Of a stretch of 64,000 nt of DNA, positions 12,979-25,439 are shown piece after piece. The position numbers and the translations under genes were made by a program. The stretch covers positions 47,182,001 through 47,246,000 of the forward strand of contig NC_043008.1 in the NCBI RefSeq assembly GCF_006345805.1, in the 5' to 3' direction. This DNA comes from Octopus sinensis. Its lineage: Eukaryota. Every line of letters starts with the position of its first letter. Position 1 is the first letter of the stretch. The notes beneath the pieces are model-generated. The model did not search any database. It was not told the DNA's origin and was given only the letters and a program-made list of their open reading frames with translations.

Positions 12979-13984
12979 CGCATAAAATATCATTTGAAGT
13001 ATCTCTTAAACTCTGCATATCTGTCCTCTAGTTACCTTCAATTTCATATCATTAAACAGTTGAGAGATAAATGTCTAACAAGATAATTACAGGTAAAAAA
13101 AAATGAATCTCCCATGATCCGCAACACCTCCAACATTGAATACAATTAAGTGTATAGTCTGAACGCACAGGTGAACTTATCTTTATTCATATTCATTAAT
13201 AGCGAATTAAATCAGCTCTTTCTCTTTTTGACATGCATATGAGTGTGAAGGAAACTAATGCATATGAACATTAATAAATCGTTGAGTGATTTTCTGTTGA
13301 AAGAGGTATGAATACATGGAAATTAGGAAAATTGGCTCACTGATTTCCATAAAGACTTGGAATGAATGGTGACAGGCAACAGCTTATTATCGTTAATATC
13401 TGGAAGAAAATTTAAAGTATGATAAATCATCGTTCTAGAAAGTCACCTTTTAATATTCAAGTATCGGATATAGGACAAATATGTACAAATGACTACATTT
13501 ATGTAATACTAGTAATAGAGATATGCGAACATTTGTACACCCTTTAATAATTTCTAGATATTATTCAGCCATAAATAATAACTTTACTCCCAATTTATGG
13601 AGACTCCTATACAATTCCTTATGGCAAGACGTCGCCATTAAATATATACTTGTGATACGAAGAAGTCAAAAACACGAAACGGAAGTATCATACGAATCAC
13701 ATACAATGGCTGACACCGTAATTAACTCCGTTCCCCACTTCAACTATCTGGTTGCGACCATTATTCCTTTGCCAGTTAGAGAGAACCAATGGCGATGTTG
13801 ACACTCCGGAAACCATTTCCGTACAAATAAGTTGGTTATTGTTGTTTCGTGTAGTTCTTAAGTTTATTGTGAGCCGTAGCGGAAACATTTCAGAATGTGT
13901 ATATATATATATATATATGCACCGATATATGTGTGTGAGTGTGTGTGTGTTTGTGTGTCTGCATGTGTGTGTGCATGAATAGTT

Positions 13985-14105
13985 ATCTGTATATATATGT
14001 ATGTATATATATATATAATATATATATATATATAGCCAGTTAAAAAATCTGTATAAGAAATGAAAGTAGTAACTATGCTGAGAAGTAATGTTGATATATA
14101 TATTA

Positions 14106-14143
<38 letters not shown>

Positions 14144-14145
14144 TC

Positions 14146-14179
<34 letters not shown>

Positions 14180-14255
14180 ATTATATATATATTATATATA
14201 TATATATTATATATATATATTATATTATATATATATTATGTATATATATATTATA

Positions 14256-14310
<55 letters not shown>

Positions 14311-14410
14311 TGGAAGGTATGGAGATGATGTACATATATATATAATATATATATATAATATATATATATATATATTATATATATATATATATATTATATA
14401 TATATATATT
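13985..14410. repeat. Degenerate (TA)n microsatellite
   Basis: Directly visible. Confidence 0.95.
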
Positions 14411-14829
14411 GGTTCATCCCATAAATACTGCGGTTTCTTCAATTGCCTCAAATAAAAGCCATATACCTGTAACTGTTCACTGCCGAAACCAGAGCGACCC
14501 TTGACCCTCCTCTGTGTGCATCTCTGTACTAAGATAGAGATACAGACACACACACTCATGTACACACACACTCACCTACACACACACATCCTCACCATCA
14601 CAAAAAATACACAAGCATACACATGCACCAACAGACGCACACATACTCACATGCAAACAAAGACATACACACACTAGCGCACACACAACATCTTAACAAA
14701 TACAAACCACACACATACACACACTCACAAACGTGCACACCATCCTACACACTGACACATTTACATACACAATAAACCCTGGGACCAATCAAAAACGGCC
14801 CACACACACAAACACATGTATATATATAT

Positions 14830-16641
14830 ATGATGATGGTGATGGTAATCCCTCAAGGTCGAGGATGATGGTCTTCGCGCAAATTTACTGGTGAGTCCGT
14901 AGGTGACCGATAAGGCCAATTCTTGCTTGAAAAGATCGGTCGCAGTGCGGACATCTAGTGCCGGAAGGGAGAGTCGCACATGGTTGTTGTTGGCGCTCCT
15001 TCCGTCGTCGTCTTTTCTCCTCCAGCTCTGCAGACCTTTTCAACTCGAAAGTCGCCGTTCCCTCATGGATGGTGGTTTTCCAGAGTGGTCTGTTTTTTGC
15101 CGTTTCCTCCCAGTTAGTGAAGTCGATGTCACACTTTTTGAGGTTCGTTTTCAGGGAGTCCTTGTAGCGTTTCTTCTGGCCTCCTTTTGTACGCTTGCCG
15201 TCTTTGAGTTGTGAGTAGAAGATCTGTTTGGGAAGTCGTTCGTCAGTCATTCTAACCACGTGACCGCTCCATCTTAGTTGGCGTTTGATGACATAGGCTT
15301 CGATGCTGGTCGTTTTTGCTTCTTGTAGCACGCTGACGTTAGTTCTTCTGTCTTCCCAGCTGATGTTAAGGATCTTCCGAAGACAGCGTTGGTGAAATTT
15401 CTCGAGCGTTTTCAGGTGGTGACTATACGGGGTCCAGGTTTCGGATGCGTAAAGGAGGGTTGGAATAATGACTGCCCTGTACACCATGAGTTTGGTTCCG
15501 GTTCGGATGTCCCGATCAGCAAAAACTCTTGTTCGAAGCTTGCCAAAAGATGTTCCTGCACACTTCAGACGGTGTTGGATTACATCGCTGAGGTCTACCT
15601 TTGCTGACAGATGGCTCCCAAGGTAGCAGGAATGGTTCACATTTTCCAGTGGAATTCCTTCGAGTTGAATCGATGGCGGGTTGTCAACACGGGCATTGGG
15701 AGGAGGTTGGTAGAGTAAGTGAGTCTTCTTGATGTTGATGCTCAGTCCAAGTTTAGTATATGCATGATGAAAAGCATTTAGGATCTATTGGAGGTGATCC
15801 TCTCTGTAAGCTGCTACACTGTTGTCGTCGGCGTATTGGAACTCTAGCAAGCTTCGCGCCATTGTCTTTGACGTACTTTTGAGGCGAGCGAGGTTGAAAA
15901 GCTTGCCGTCCATTCTGTACGAGATCTGGATGCCAGGTGGAAGGTCATCTCGTATGATGTGCAACACTATCGCGATAAAGATGGTAAAGAGAGTTGGCGC
16001 TATCACGCAGTCTTGCTTCACTCCGGAGGTGACTTTAAAGGGCTCAGAACTACCTCCGTCGGTCTGGACTCTGGCGTGCATATTGTCGTGGAGGAGTATG
16101 AGGATCCGGATGAACTTATCTGGGCATCAATACTGAACGAGAATATCCCAGAGGAGTTCACGCGAGACACGATCAAAGGCTTTGGATAGGTCGATAAAGG
16201 CCAAATAGAGCGGGTGGTGTTGCTCACGACATTTTTCTTGTAACTGTCGCAGCGTGAAGATCATGTCGGTTGTGCTTCGTAATGGCCTAAAATTCCATCC
16301 CTCGAAGAGGTTAAAATTGCTGTCACAGCGATGAAGAACAACAAAGCCGCGGGTCCTGACGGAATCCCAGCTAAGATCTACAAACTGGGATGTGATTTTG
16401 TCCAACACCAGCTCCACCAACTCTTGGTCAAAATCTGGATAAATGAAGTTGTACCATCCGACTTCAGGGATGCTAACATCATTGCCATTTACAAACGAAA
16501 GGGTGATCGTTCTGAGTGTGGAAATTACCGGGGTATTTCCTTATTAGCAACTGCTGGGCAGATTCTTGCACGCATCCTGAACAACCGCCTCAAAACGCTG
16601 TCAGAGAGGATCCTTCCTGAGACGCAAAACGGCTTTAGGCC

Positions 16642-16643
<2 letters not shown>
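14830..16643 (-). mobile_element. RTE-clade LINE, 5'-truncated with inverted 5' segment
   Basis: Minus body 14885-16291 is one reading frame with two nonsense stops (FRPLRSTTDMIFTLRQLQEKCREQ, FIDLSKAFD, QYADD, YLGS, RHLRWSGHV-like, CPHCDRSFQARIGLIGHLRTH) and a (CAT)n tail at ~14831. The plus-strand segment ~16290-16643 encodes the upstream part (KAAGPDGIP...NYRGISLL...ETQNGFRP). Confidence 0.95.
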
Positions 16644-16721
<78 letters not shown>

Positions 16722-17356
16722 AAGACACACACACTCACACCATTCTGATCTCTAAAGACCGATCCCCCAAACCACTGAACCTTGAAAGAGAAACAAAAAC
16801 TTCTTTTCAATGCCACATTGCTCTTCCTTCCTCCCAACCAAACACCTTTTACGATAAAGTGGTGAAACAGGTCATTTCATCCCAAATTCTTTGTAAGCTG
16901 AATATATCTCCTTCTGTGTATATATATACTACCCAAATATGACCTTTTTGAACTTATAATGTTCTGTGTATATATATATAGATACTTCCTAACAAACATG
17001 ATTTCTAATGAAATCCTTATATTATTTATGAACTTTTTAATAATCTCTCAAGATTTTTTCTGTAAACTGTTTTTAACATTCTCTTATTATTATCAAAGAA
17101 TGTATATATGTACTGTAATATTTTGTGTCAACCAGTACCTAACACAACAAAGCTTTTACATGTTACTTTTGACAATCTTTTTCTAAAGAAGTGAAACCGG
17201 TAAAGTGAATAAACATCTTTTAAAATTGCATTTTCAAACCTTCTTTCATATATAATTCCACTCGTGCGGTACCTTACAACTTCGGTTTGTTACACGCACA
17301 TACACACACACACATACACACACACACAACACACACCACACACACACACACACACT

Positions 17357-17632
17357 TTGAGGTTTAAGATGAGACAATTACTTGAATCGCAAAGATTGTC
17401 ACGCAGAATCAATTAATAACTGCTTCGTGTTTGTGCTGTATACAAATTTACGCAGCAATCTTGTGCAAACATTTACTGGAGGATTTCAAATTCCAATCTA
17501 GATAGTGTTTGCTTATTTATAGATTGAAATACCTTCTATACGTACTAAACGCACAGATTCATCAAAATTTGTGATCAACTATCTGTCCAGATCTCGAAAA
17601 TATTTCCATCTGTGTCTCAATATTTCTCTCCC

Positions 17633-17683
<51 letters not shown>

Positions 17684-17886
17684 GGAGAGAAATATTGAGA
17701 CACAATAGATACATAGTTAAATAGTTAGACACAAGAGATAAATAGATCGGAATTTGAAATTCTCCAGTAAATGTTTGCACAAGATTGCTGCGTAAATTTG
17801 TGTACAGCACAAACACAAAGCAGTTATTAACTGATTCTGCGTGACAACCTTTGCCATCCTAGTAATTATCTCATCTTAAACCTCAA
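17357..17886. repeat. Large imperfect palindrome (144-bp arms plus inner ~30-bp arms around (TA)n)
   Basis: 17357-17500 vs revcomp of 17743-17886 differ at about 10 positions. An inner pair gtgtctcaatatttctctcc flanks the (TA)n at 17636-17678. Confidence 0.9.
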
Positions 17887-17931
17887 TACATGTATGTGTG
17901 TGTGTGTGTATGTGTGTGCGTGTGTGTGTGT

Positions 17932-17963
<32 letters not shown>

Positions 17964-19154
17964 CATTTGGACAGACAAACAGACAGATATACGGGGTTTC
18001 GAATTCAATCAGATAATTATCAAATGTCACCTATATTTACTCTATCACCATTAAACATTCTCAGGTGTCAAGACATACAACGAATATATCTGCTCGTCAT
18101 GTCATCATTATTATGTTGGAAATGATTTCTTTTTTTTTTTATATACGCATTTAACTTGTCCCTCATAACGTTATGCCAGCCTCTCTCAAATTAGAATTCA
18201 ATCTTTGCTTTACGGTATCTATATGTCATCAATATCATAGTTTTATAAGCGTTCAAGATAAATTGATAATTCCGTAGTCATTACAGTAATGACTGCATCT
18301 TATCGTTCAGATATTAAACAGTTAACTTGACATATTGCTATTTAATTTAATGTTCACAACTCTACTGCATACACTGAGGGGAATCGAAGTGAAGAAAATT
18401 CATATTCGCCGAAGTTCTGATTCTACGAAGAAGTTTATAACTAAAAACACAGAAAAAAAATATTTATGCTATTAGCATAAAACATTAAAAGTATTAAGAA
18501 TTAATAGCAGCTTGTAAATGTTTTGCCATTAATAGACTCTGTGAAGCTAATTAGCCGCGTATTTTTCCTCACCTTCTATAGAACATTTCACTAGCAGACA
18601 TATTCCCTGCTTTAGGCGTATCAGCAGATAAAGATATTGTTTGCAGTGAGATATCTCAGCGCTCACATTAATCTAGCATTTAACTCGAGGCTCTCACTAA
18701 TGATCGCATTCATGTGTCTAAGCTGATTTTTGTGTATTAAATCATCGAATCTGTCACATATGACATGCAAAGCCACTGATATAAATATACTGAAGATTAG
18801 CTTATTTGAAATATTATACTTGGCATAAATCGGAAGCCGGGGTGAAGGCCATGATGTGGGTTCAATTCTAAATTGATTTTTAACTTACTTTTCATATCAT
18901 CGGGTTTCTCAAGAATGCGATCAGGTGTAACGAACTTAATTCGATTTATTTGCAAAAGGTAAAAATCAATACACTTGTCGGTACTGCTCCATAAATCAAG
19001 TGTGATTACACGTAGGCAATTTCAACAAAATGTAGACACTGCTATATTCATTACAGTTCTGTGCCTGGTTTATCTCTCAATATCTATTCTGTCCTCGCAC
19101 CGAGGCATGCCTTATAACTAAAAGACAAACTATTATTTGGAAATTTAAAGCACA

Positions 19155-19199
<45 letters not shown>

Positions 19200-19873
19200 A
19201 CATCACAATATAGGTGTTAGGTAATGAATATATTAACGGTTTAATTATATTTCCACCTGCAAAAGGGAGATATATCAATGTTATATTTATGGACATAGTG
19301 ATGGAGATTAAGAGAAATAGTATGTTGATTTACATGTTTTAACATCCAGAGTCAACTTTTCCGGGACGTGATTAGAATCTTGAGCTAAAATCGTTTCAAG
19401 TCAAGAAAGCAGTGAATATTTTTAGACGTAACCTGTAGCATATAACTTCCTCGAAATAATGGAGAGTCACTATGTTGAATTGTCATGGTTAGCAGCGAAA
19501 AAGGTGAAAGATAGTCTTAATAGCTTATGGTAACCAACTGGGAAAATCCACGCAGTTAGGATCCATTAAATAATATACAAAAAGTATAATGGAGTCGATC
19601 GATCAAGTGTGTCAGTGTTCTTCAAAACATAAGTAAAGTGTCTAAGGAATAAGCGAATCATTGTTACGCTGAGAGAATGACAAAACAATATATTTTCCTC
19701 AGCATTTCGGTCGCTGTGCGACATAATGTTGTGTACACTGGCAATATCTATTGAAAAGATGTATGGGCTGCGCATACAAATGTTCAATCTAACCTAATAC
19801 TTATACCGTATACATGTGAGCGTGTGTGCGATGCGTGTATGTGTGTGCCACTGTGCACGTGTATGTATGATTT

Positions 19874-19875
<2 letters not shown>

Positions 19876-19935
<60 letters not shown>

Positions 19936-19998
19936 GCACACACACATATATATATAATACATACACATTTACACACACACACACACACACACAACACA

Positions 19999-20045
<47 letters not shown>
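19876..20045. repeat. (TA)n/(CA)n compound microsatellite
   Basis: Directly visible. Confidence 0.95.
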
Positions 20046-20524
20046 GTTGGGTGTGTATCATTTGAATTGAACTAAGATGTAATTTTGCATTTTGCGGAAT
20101 CCGGAAAGAAATTTCTCGATGTTCAATACTGACTCGCAAATCTCGACAATATATAATAAAATTGTTTTTGGGCGAAGCTGTAATATCGTTTGGTACCTTT
20201 TGATCACGTTCGAATCCACCAAATCCCTATTTTCGTTTTTTTTTTTGTAATTGTCACTATGGGCTCTCAGGAACGGGGTGGATCTTTCTAACCATTAATA
20301 ACCATTGTATACATGTGCTTTCAGGGATACATAAAAGAGATTATGATTTCAATATTTCAGAATTCCTGTAGGGTTGGTACACTTATGGTTTCAGGCTTAC
20401 AAATACAATAGTTGAATGTTCTGCCTGTTGATTGCTGTTCCTCATATATATAAGTATATATAATATAAATAATATATATATATACATATATACATAGGTA
20501 TATGTACATCTATCTATCTATCTA

Positions 20525-20597
<73 letters not shown>

Positions 20598-20867
20598 TAT
20601 ATATATATTATATATATATACATATATATATACGTACACGCATGTACGTATGTACATGCTGACCACTAGACACGTAACGAGGAACTAGATAAGCGATTTA
20701 ACCAGACAACTCTAATTTACAATACACTAGGTCCCCAGACGCCCCGGTTGATTTATGACACCTACGGCTTCTACAACCAGAATATGTCATTTTCCTGACC
20801 ACCATGTTGGTTCGTAACAACTTTATATCCCTTATCCTTATATTCTTTTTACATTTTTATATTCTTA

Positions 20868-21384
20868 CTAGCAGTACCGCCCGGCGTTGCTCGGGTTTGT
20901 AAGGGAAATAACTATATAAGCATTTTTAGAGACTTACTTCCCTTATAGATGCCAATTCGGGCTTTCTTAGCCATTTCTGTTTTGGTGTCTTCAAGCCATG
21001 AAGTCGTTGTTCTAAAAGAACGCTGGTCTCCTTGACAACGCATTGCGACGTTGATTTCCTTAAACTCCCTTCCCCACAGCTTCACGAGGGAGGGAAGAAG
21101 GGGGAGAAGCAAACACAGGTGCGGGTGTTTGAGCGTGGACGCCAACTCCGCCGCCATTGACACACGAAAAATTATGCATTAAAATGGAATAAAAAATGAT
21201 GTTAAATTATTTTTAAAATCGTAGACTCATCGTAGACGCGCGCTAATAGCCAGACGGGCTCGATATTAATCCCGACTATAAGATACCCGAATTTGGTTAA
21301 ACTGCCCCGCAAAATGTGGGAGGAGTTAGGAATCTAAATCGAAGGGGGCAGACACTCACACAACTAGAGTTTTATATATATAGA
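20868..21384 (-). mobile_element. Non-autonomous Helitron (517 bp), complete
   Basis: Minus strand starts TCTATATATATAAAA, ends cccgagcaacgccgggcggtactgCTAG (subterminal hairpin + CTAG), sits between A and T with no TSD. These are the canonical Helitron termini. Confidence 0.85.
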
Positions 21385-21817
21385 TATCCTTTATATTTCT
21401 GATAATTTTTTATATTTTTTTATAACTTTATATCTTTATAGTCATTTATACTTTTTTATATCTCTCTATATCTTTATACTTTATAATTTTATATTTATAT
21501 ACTTATATTCTTTTATCTTTCACATTTTTATATTTTTTAACCTTCGTCCTGAATTCTCGCCCCTCCATCTTTATCCCTATTTACTCTTATTACCAGGTTC
21601 CTTCACGTCTGTCTGTATTTATATATGTATATATTTATTTATTCATTTATTTATATTACCTCAACATCCAAACTTCCTCATTCTACATTGAGAGAAGGAC
21701 GAGGTGGACGCTTCATTTCTGTGCTGGTGCCGCATTATGTCGTACGCGAATGAGAGGATTTGCATCCGCAACGTAGAATTTTTGATGTAATACATGTCCT
21801 TGAGGTAGTAATTGTGC

Positions 21818-21895
21818 GCGGCTGAAGAAGGCCATAGACACACATCATGCATTGTTATAAATCCGTCTAATAAAGGCCCGAAACATATGTACCGC
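21818..21895 (+). ncRNA. Minimal type-I hammerhead ribozyme (Penelope-type) candidate
   Basis: gcgg-CTGAAGA-a-ggcc...ggcc-c-GAAA-catatg-TA-ccgc: intact core, 4-bp stem I, stem II, palindromic CATATG stem III, predicted GUA cleavage after 21891. Confidence 0.7.
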
Positions 21896-22016
21896 TGAAT
21901 CCTTGGCATCATGTTTTTATTTTGATTAATCTACTCCACCACCTACACCACCAAACGGTATATACAGGTGCTTACAATTATCAAGTACTCACCCTGAATT
22001 TATATATATATATATA

Positions 22017-22348
22017 GGCGCAGGAGTGGGTGTTTGGTTAGTAACCTGCTTACCAACCACATGATTCCGGGTTCAGTTCCACCGCGTGGAACCATGAGCA
22101 AGTGCCGACCAAAGCCTAGTTAGTCGGAAACTGAAAGAAGCCCGTCGTATATTTGAGTGTGTGTGTGTTTGACAACCTATGCTGTTGTGTTTACGTCCCC
22201 GTAACTTAGCCGTTCGGCAAAATAGACCGATATAATAAGTACTAGGCTTACAAAGAATAAGTCCTGCTGTCGATTTGCTCAACTAAAGGCTGTACTTCAG
22301 CATGGCCGCAGTCAAATGACTAAAACGTGTAAAAGAAAAAGAAAAGAA
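22017..22348 (+). mobile_element. SINE family A with internal deletions
   Basis: ggcgcaggagtgggtgtttggttagtaacctgcttaccaaccacatgattccgggttcagt head; gcatggccgcagtcaaatgact tail. Confidence 0.9.
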
Positions 22349-22767
22349 ATACACACACGCTCATACGCACCTTTTAATCTTTGAAAGAAGAAAAAATTAT
22401 TTCAGATATTAGACAGTGGCCATAGTGTGGTATACCGTCTTCAAGAACTTTCAGACGATTGAATCGACACAAGCAAATGCCTTTGTTAAGCCTGGTAGTT
22501 CGTCGTTAAGTATCTAAATTATGTTCCTTTAACATTTCAATAATTTGACGCATTAATTCTGAAATCCCATTAAGACATAAAATAGGAACAAGAAAATTTA
22601 TTGATGGTATCCATACAATAACTATTTCTGCCTCGAACCCATTATATGAAGCCATATTTACTTAAATGCTGAATGAATTTCTTATATGAAGATTGGAAGC
22701 TTGGCAACACGATACAGCGGAGGTTAGCGAAGATGACACACTCGTGGAGACAAACACAGGGGCATAA

Positions 22768-22791
22768 TATATATTTATATATATATACCTA

Positions 22792-22831
<40 letters not shown>

Positions 22832-23185
22832 ATATATATATATATATATAATATATATATATAATATATATATATATTATATATACATATATATATATAT
22901 ATGTGTATGTATGCATATACACAAGTATGTATATGTACATACATATATACATATATAGACATATATATATGAATATATATATAATATATATATGAATATA
23001 TATATATATATGTATGAATATATATATGTGAATATATATATGTGAATATATACATATAAATATGATTCATATATACATACATATATACATACATACATAC
23101 ACACACATATACATACATATATACATACATATATATACATATACAAACATACATATACAAACACACCTACACACACACACATACA
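22768..23185. repeat. Compound (CT)/(TA)/(TACA)n microsatellite
   Basis: Directly visible. Confidence 0.95.
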
Positions 23186-23429
23186 TGCAGCAAATATGTA
23201 ACACTGCTCCGTTTAACCGATCAAGTTGATATAAAACACTCTCCTCGGACGCGTAAGATCTTATATATTTCTAACAGAAAAGACGCTCCATTACAATTTT
23301 TAGCAAATTTTTAGCAAATTTTTCGTCAGCACGAGAGACTAAAATAATTACATTGCTTATTTTTGTTATTATTGTAGCAGAATGTATTTAGGGAAAAAAT
23401 ACCCAAAGCCTACTTTAATTGAGATCGGC

Positions 23430-25035
23430 AGAAGAACTAATGGGCGGGGTCAAGAAAGAGGAATGGCGATATAGCTTCATTCATCATTATCCTTATAACA
23501 TTCAAAAAAACCCAATGCAGCAAATAGTCTACATTCCCTCAGAATTAAAACCATTGGGAATTGACGGTGAAATTCTTGTTGGTGATTAATTAATGTCAGC
23601 TGCTCTTCCGTGCCCCTATTTTACTGTGATCATAAAACCAGCCATATCTACATAAAAGAATATATCAAAGAAGATGCTAGCAAGATAATGATAAATAGAG
23701 AAGAGGTGATAACCAGAAAGAGGATGGACAAGGGTGAGTTAATATTATGATGATCAATTAAAAGAGGACTAAAATGGAAAGCAATGGAGATCATGAGATC
23801 AAAGTATGGGAATTAAAAGAACGGGAATTAAAAGTCAAAACTTATAAAATTTATATACTAAAACATTGAAAATATAGTAAAGAGTTTAAGGACCAAGTAA
23901 GAGAAGGATAGAAAGCAATCCTAAGCCTTAAAAGTGGGGGACTTTTATATAAAACAGAAACCTTATAATGCTTCTTCCTAGCATAATGTTAAGGTGGTCA
24001 GGATAAAACTATTCAACAATGAATCTTTAATTCAGATATCATCCTAGTAGGGGTACACATTTTCTATTGAAACAAAACCAACGATTGAGGGTTAACAAGA
24101 AGAAAAAAAGGATAAATATAACAAGGAGTGGTTGCGTGGTAAGTAGCTTTTATACGAACCCCATGGTTCCGGGTTCAGTCCCCTGCGTGGCACCTTGAGC
24201 AAGAGTCTTCTACTATAGCCTCGGGCTGACCAGAGCCTTGTGAGTGGATTTGGTAGACGGAAACTGAAAGAAGCCCATCGTATATATGTATATGTGTGTG
24301 TATGTTTGTGTGTCTGTGTTTGTCCCCCAACATCGCTTGACAACCGATGCTGGTGTGTTTACGTCCCCGTAACTGTGCGGTTCGGCAAAAGAGACTTATA
24401 GAATAAGTACGAGGTTTACTAAGAATAATTCCTGGGATCAATTTGCTTGACTAAAGGCAATGCTCCAGCCTGACCACAGTCAAATGACTGAAACAAGTAA
24501 AAGAGAGTAAAAGAGAATAACAGGTAAACTTATTAAGAAAAACTCGGAAAAATATTTTCATATAAAATTTCCCAGCATTATGAAAATTATGAAATTACTT
24601 GGTCCTTAAATCCTTAACTAAATTCCCAGATTTTTAAAATATAAATTTTGCTTAGTTTCGACGCACATTTTAATTGCCACACTTTGATCTCATTGTGACC
24701 TCCGTTGTTTTCCAAGCTATGCGCCTTTTAGTTGATAATCATAATATTCCAAGGCACCTCTGTCCATCCCCTTTCTGGTTATCGCATCTTCTCTATCGTT
24801 ATCTTGCTAGCATCTTCTTTGACATATTTTTTTATGGAGCTATGGCTGGTTTTATGGTCACAGTAGGGCTAGGGAAGAGTATCTGACATTAATTAATGAC
24901 CACCATCAACAACAACTGAAATCTCAATGGTTTTGATTCTCAATGGATGCATTCAGGCTTTTGATTGTGATAAGGATAAAGATGAATGTAGCTATATCAT
25001 CATCACTCTTTCTTGACCCCGTCCATTATTTCTTC
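23430..25035. repeat. Old inverted repeat pair, ~440-470-bp arms (23430-23900 and 24595-25035)
   Basis: Shared blocks in opposite orientation, e.g. cataaaaccagccata, tcaaagaagatgctagcaagataa, gataaccagaaag, tttaaggaccaagtaa. Confidence 0.85.
24124..24520 (+). mobile_element. SINE family A, full length
   Basis: ggagtggttgcgtggtaagtagc...ggttccgggttcagtcccctgcgtggcaccttgagcaag...cagtcaaatgactgaaacaagtaaaagag. Confidence 0.92.
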
Positions 25036-25071
25036 AGTCGCTCTAGTGGAAAGAAACTCGGTGAGAGCGTA

Positions 25072-25085
25072 ACAGCAGGTGGCGC
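25072..25085 (+). promoter_or_regulatory. CTCF-like motif (candidate)
   Basis: acagcaggtggcgc matches 13/14 of CCASYAGRKGGCRS. Confidence 0.25.
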
Positions 25086-25439
25086 TCCACAACTACGCCA
25101 ATCTGGCACTCGCTTGAATTGGGGTAAATTAAGCCTTATGAAATTGGCCTTTGTTCCTCCTAGAGCAGATCCACCTTGAGGTATGTAAATAATACTTGGC
25201 TTTGGGTATTTTTTTCCTATATTCATTCTGCTACAATAGCAGCAAAGATAAGCAATGTAATTATTTTAGTCTCTAGCACCGAGGAAAAATTTGCTAAAAA
25301 ATAATAATGGAGTATCTTGTATGTTGCAAATATAGATGGCGTATGCACCCGAGGTGAGTTGTTTTTATTTCAAATTGATGTAATGTTTGCATTGATCGAT
25401 AAAACGGAGCCACTTGGAACGGCCACACCGTACTGATGC

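Noticed and set aside
14410-14450. tggttcatcccataaatactgcggtttctt, resembling a mariner-type TIR
   Set aside because: No partner TIR or transposase found; too short to call.
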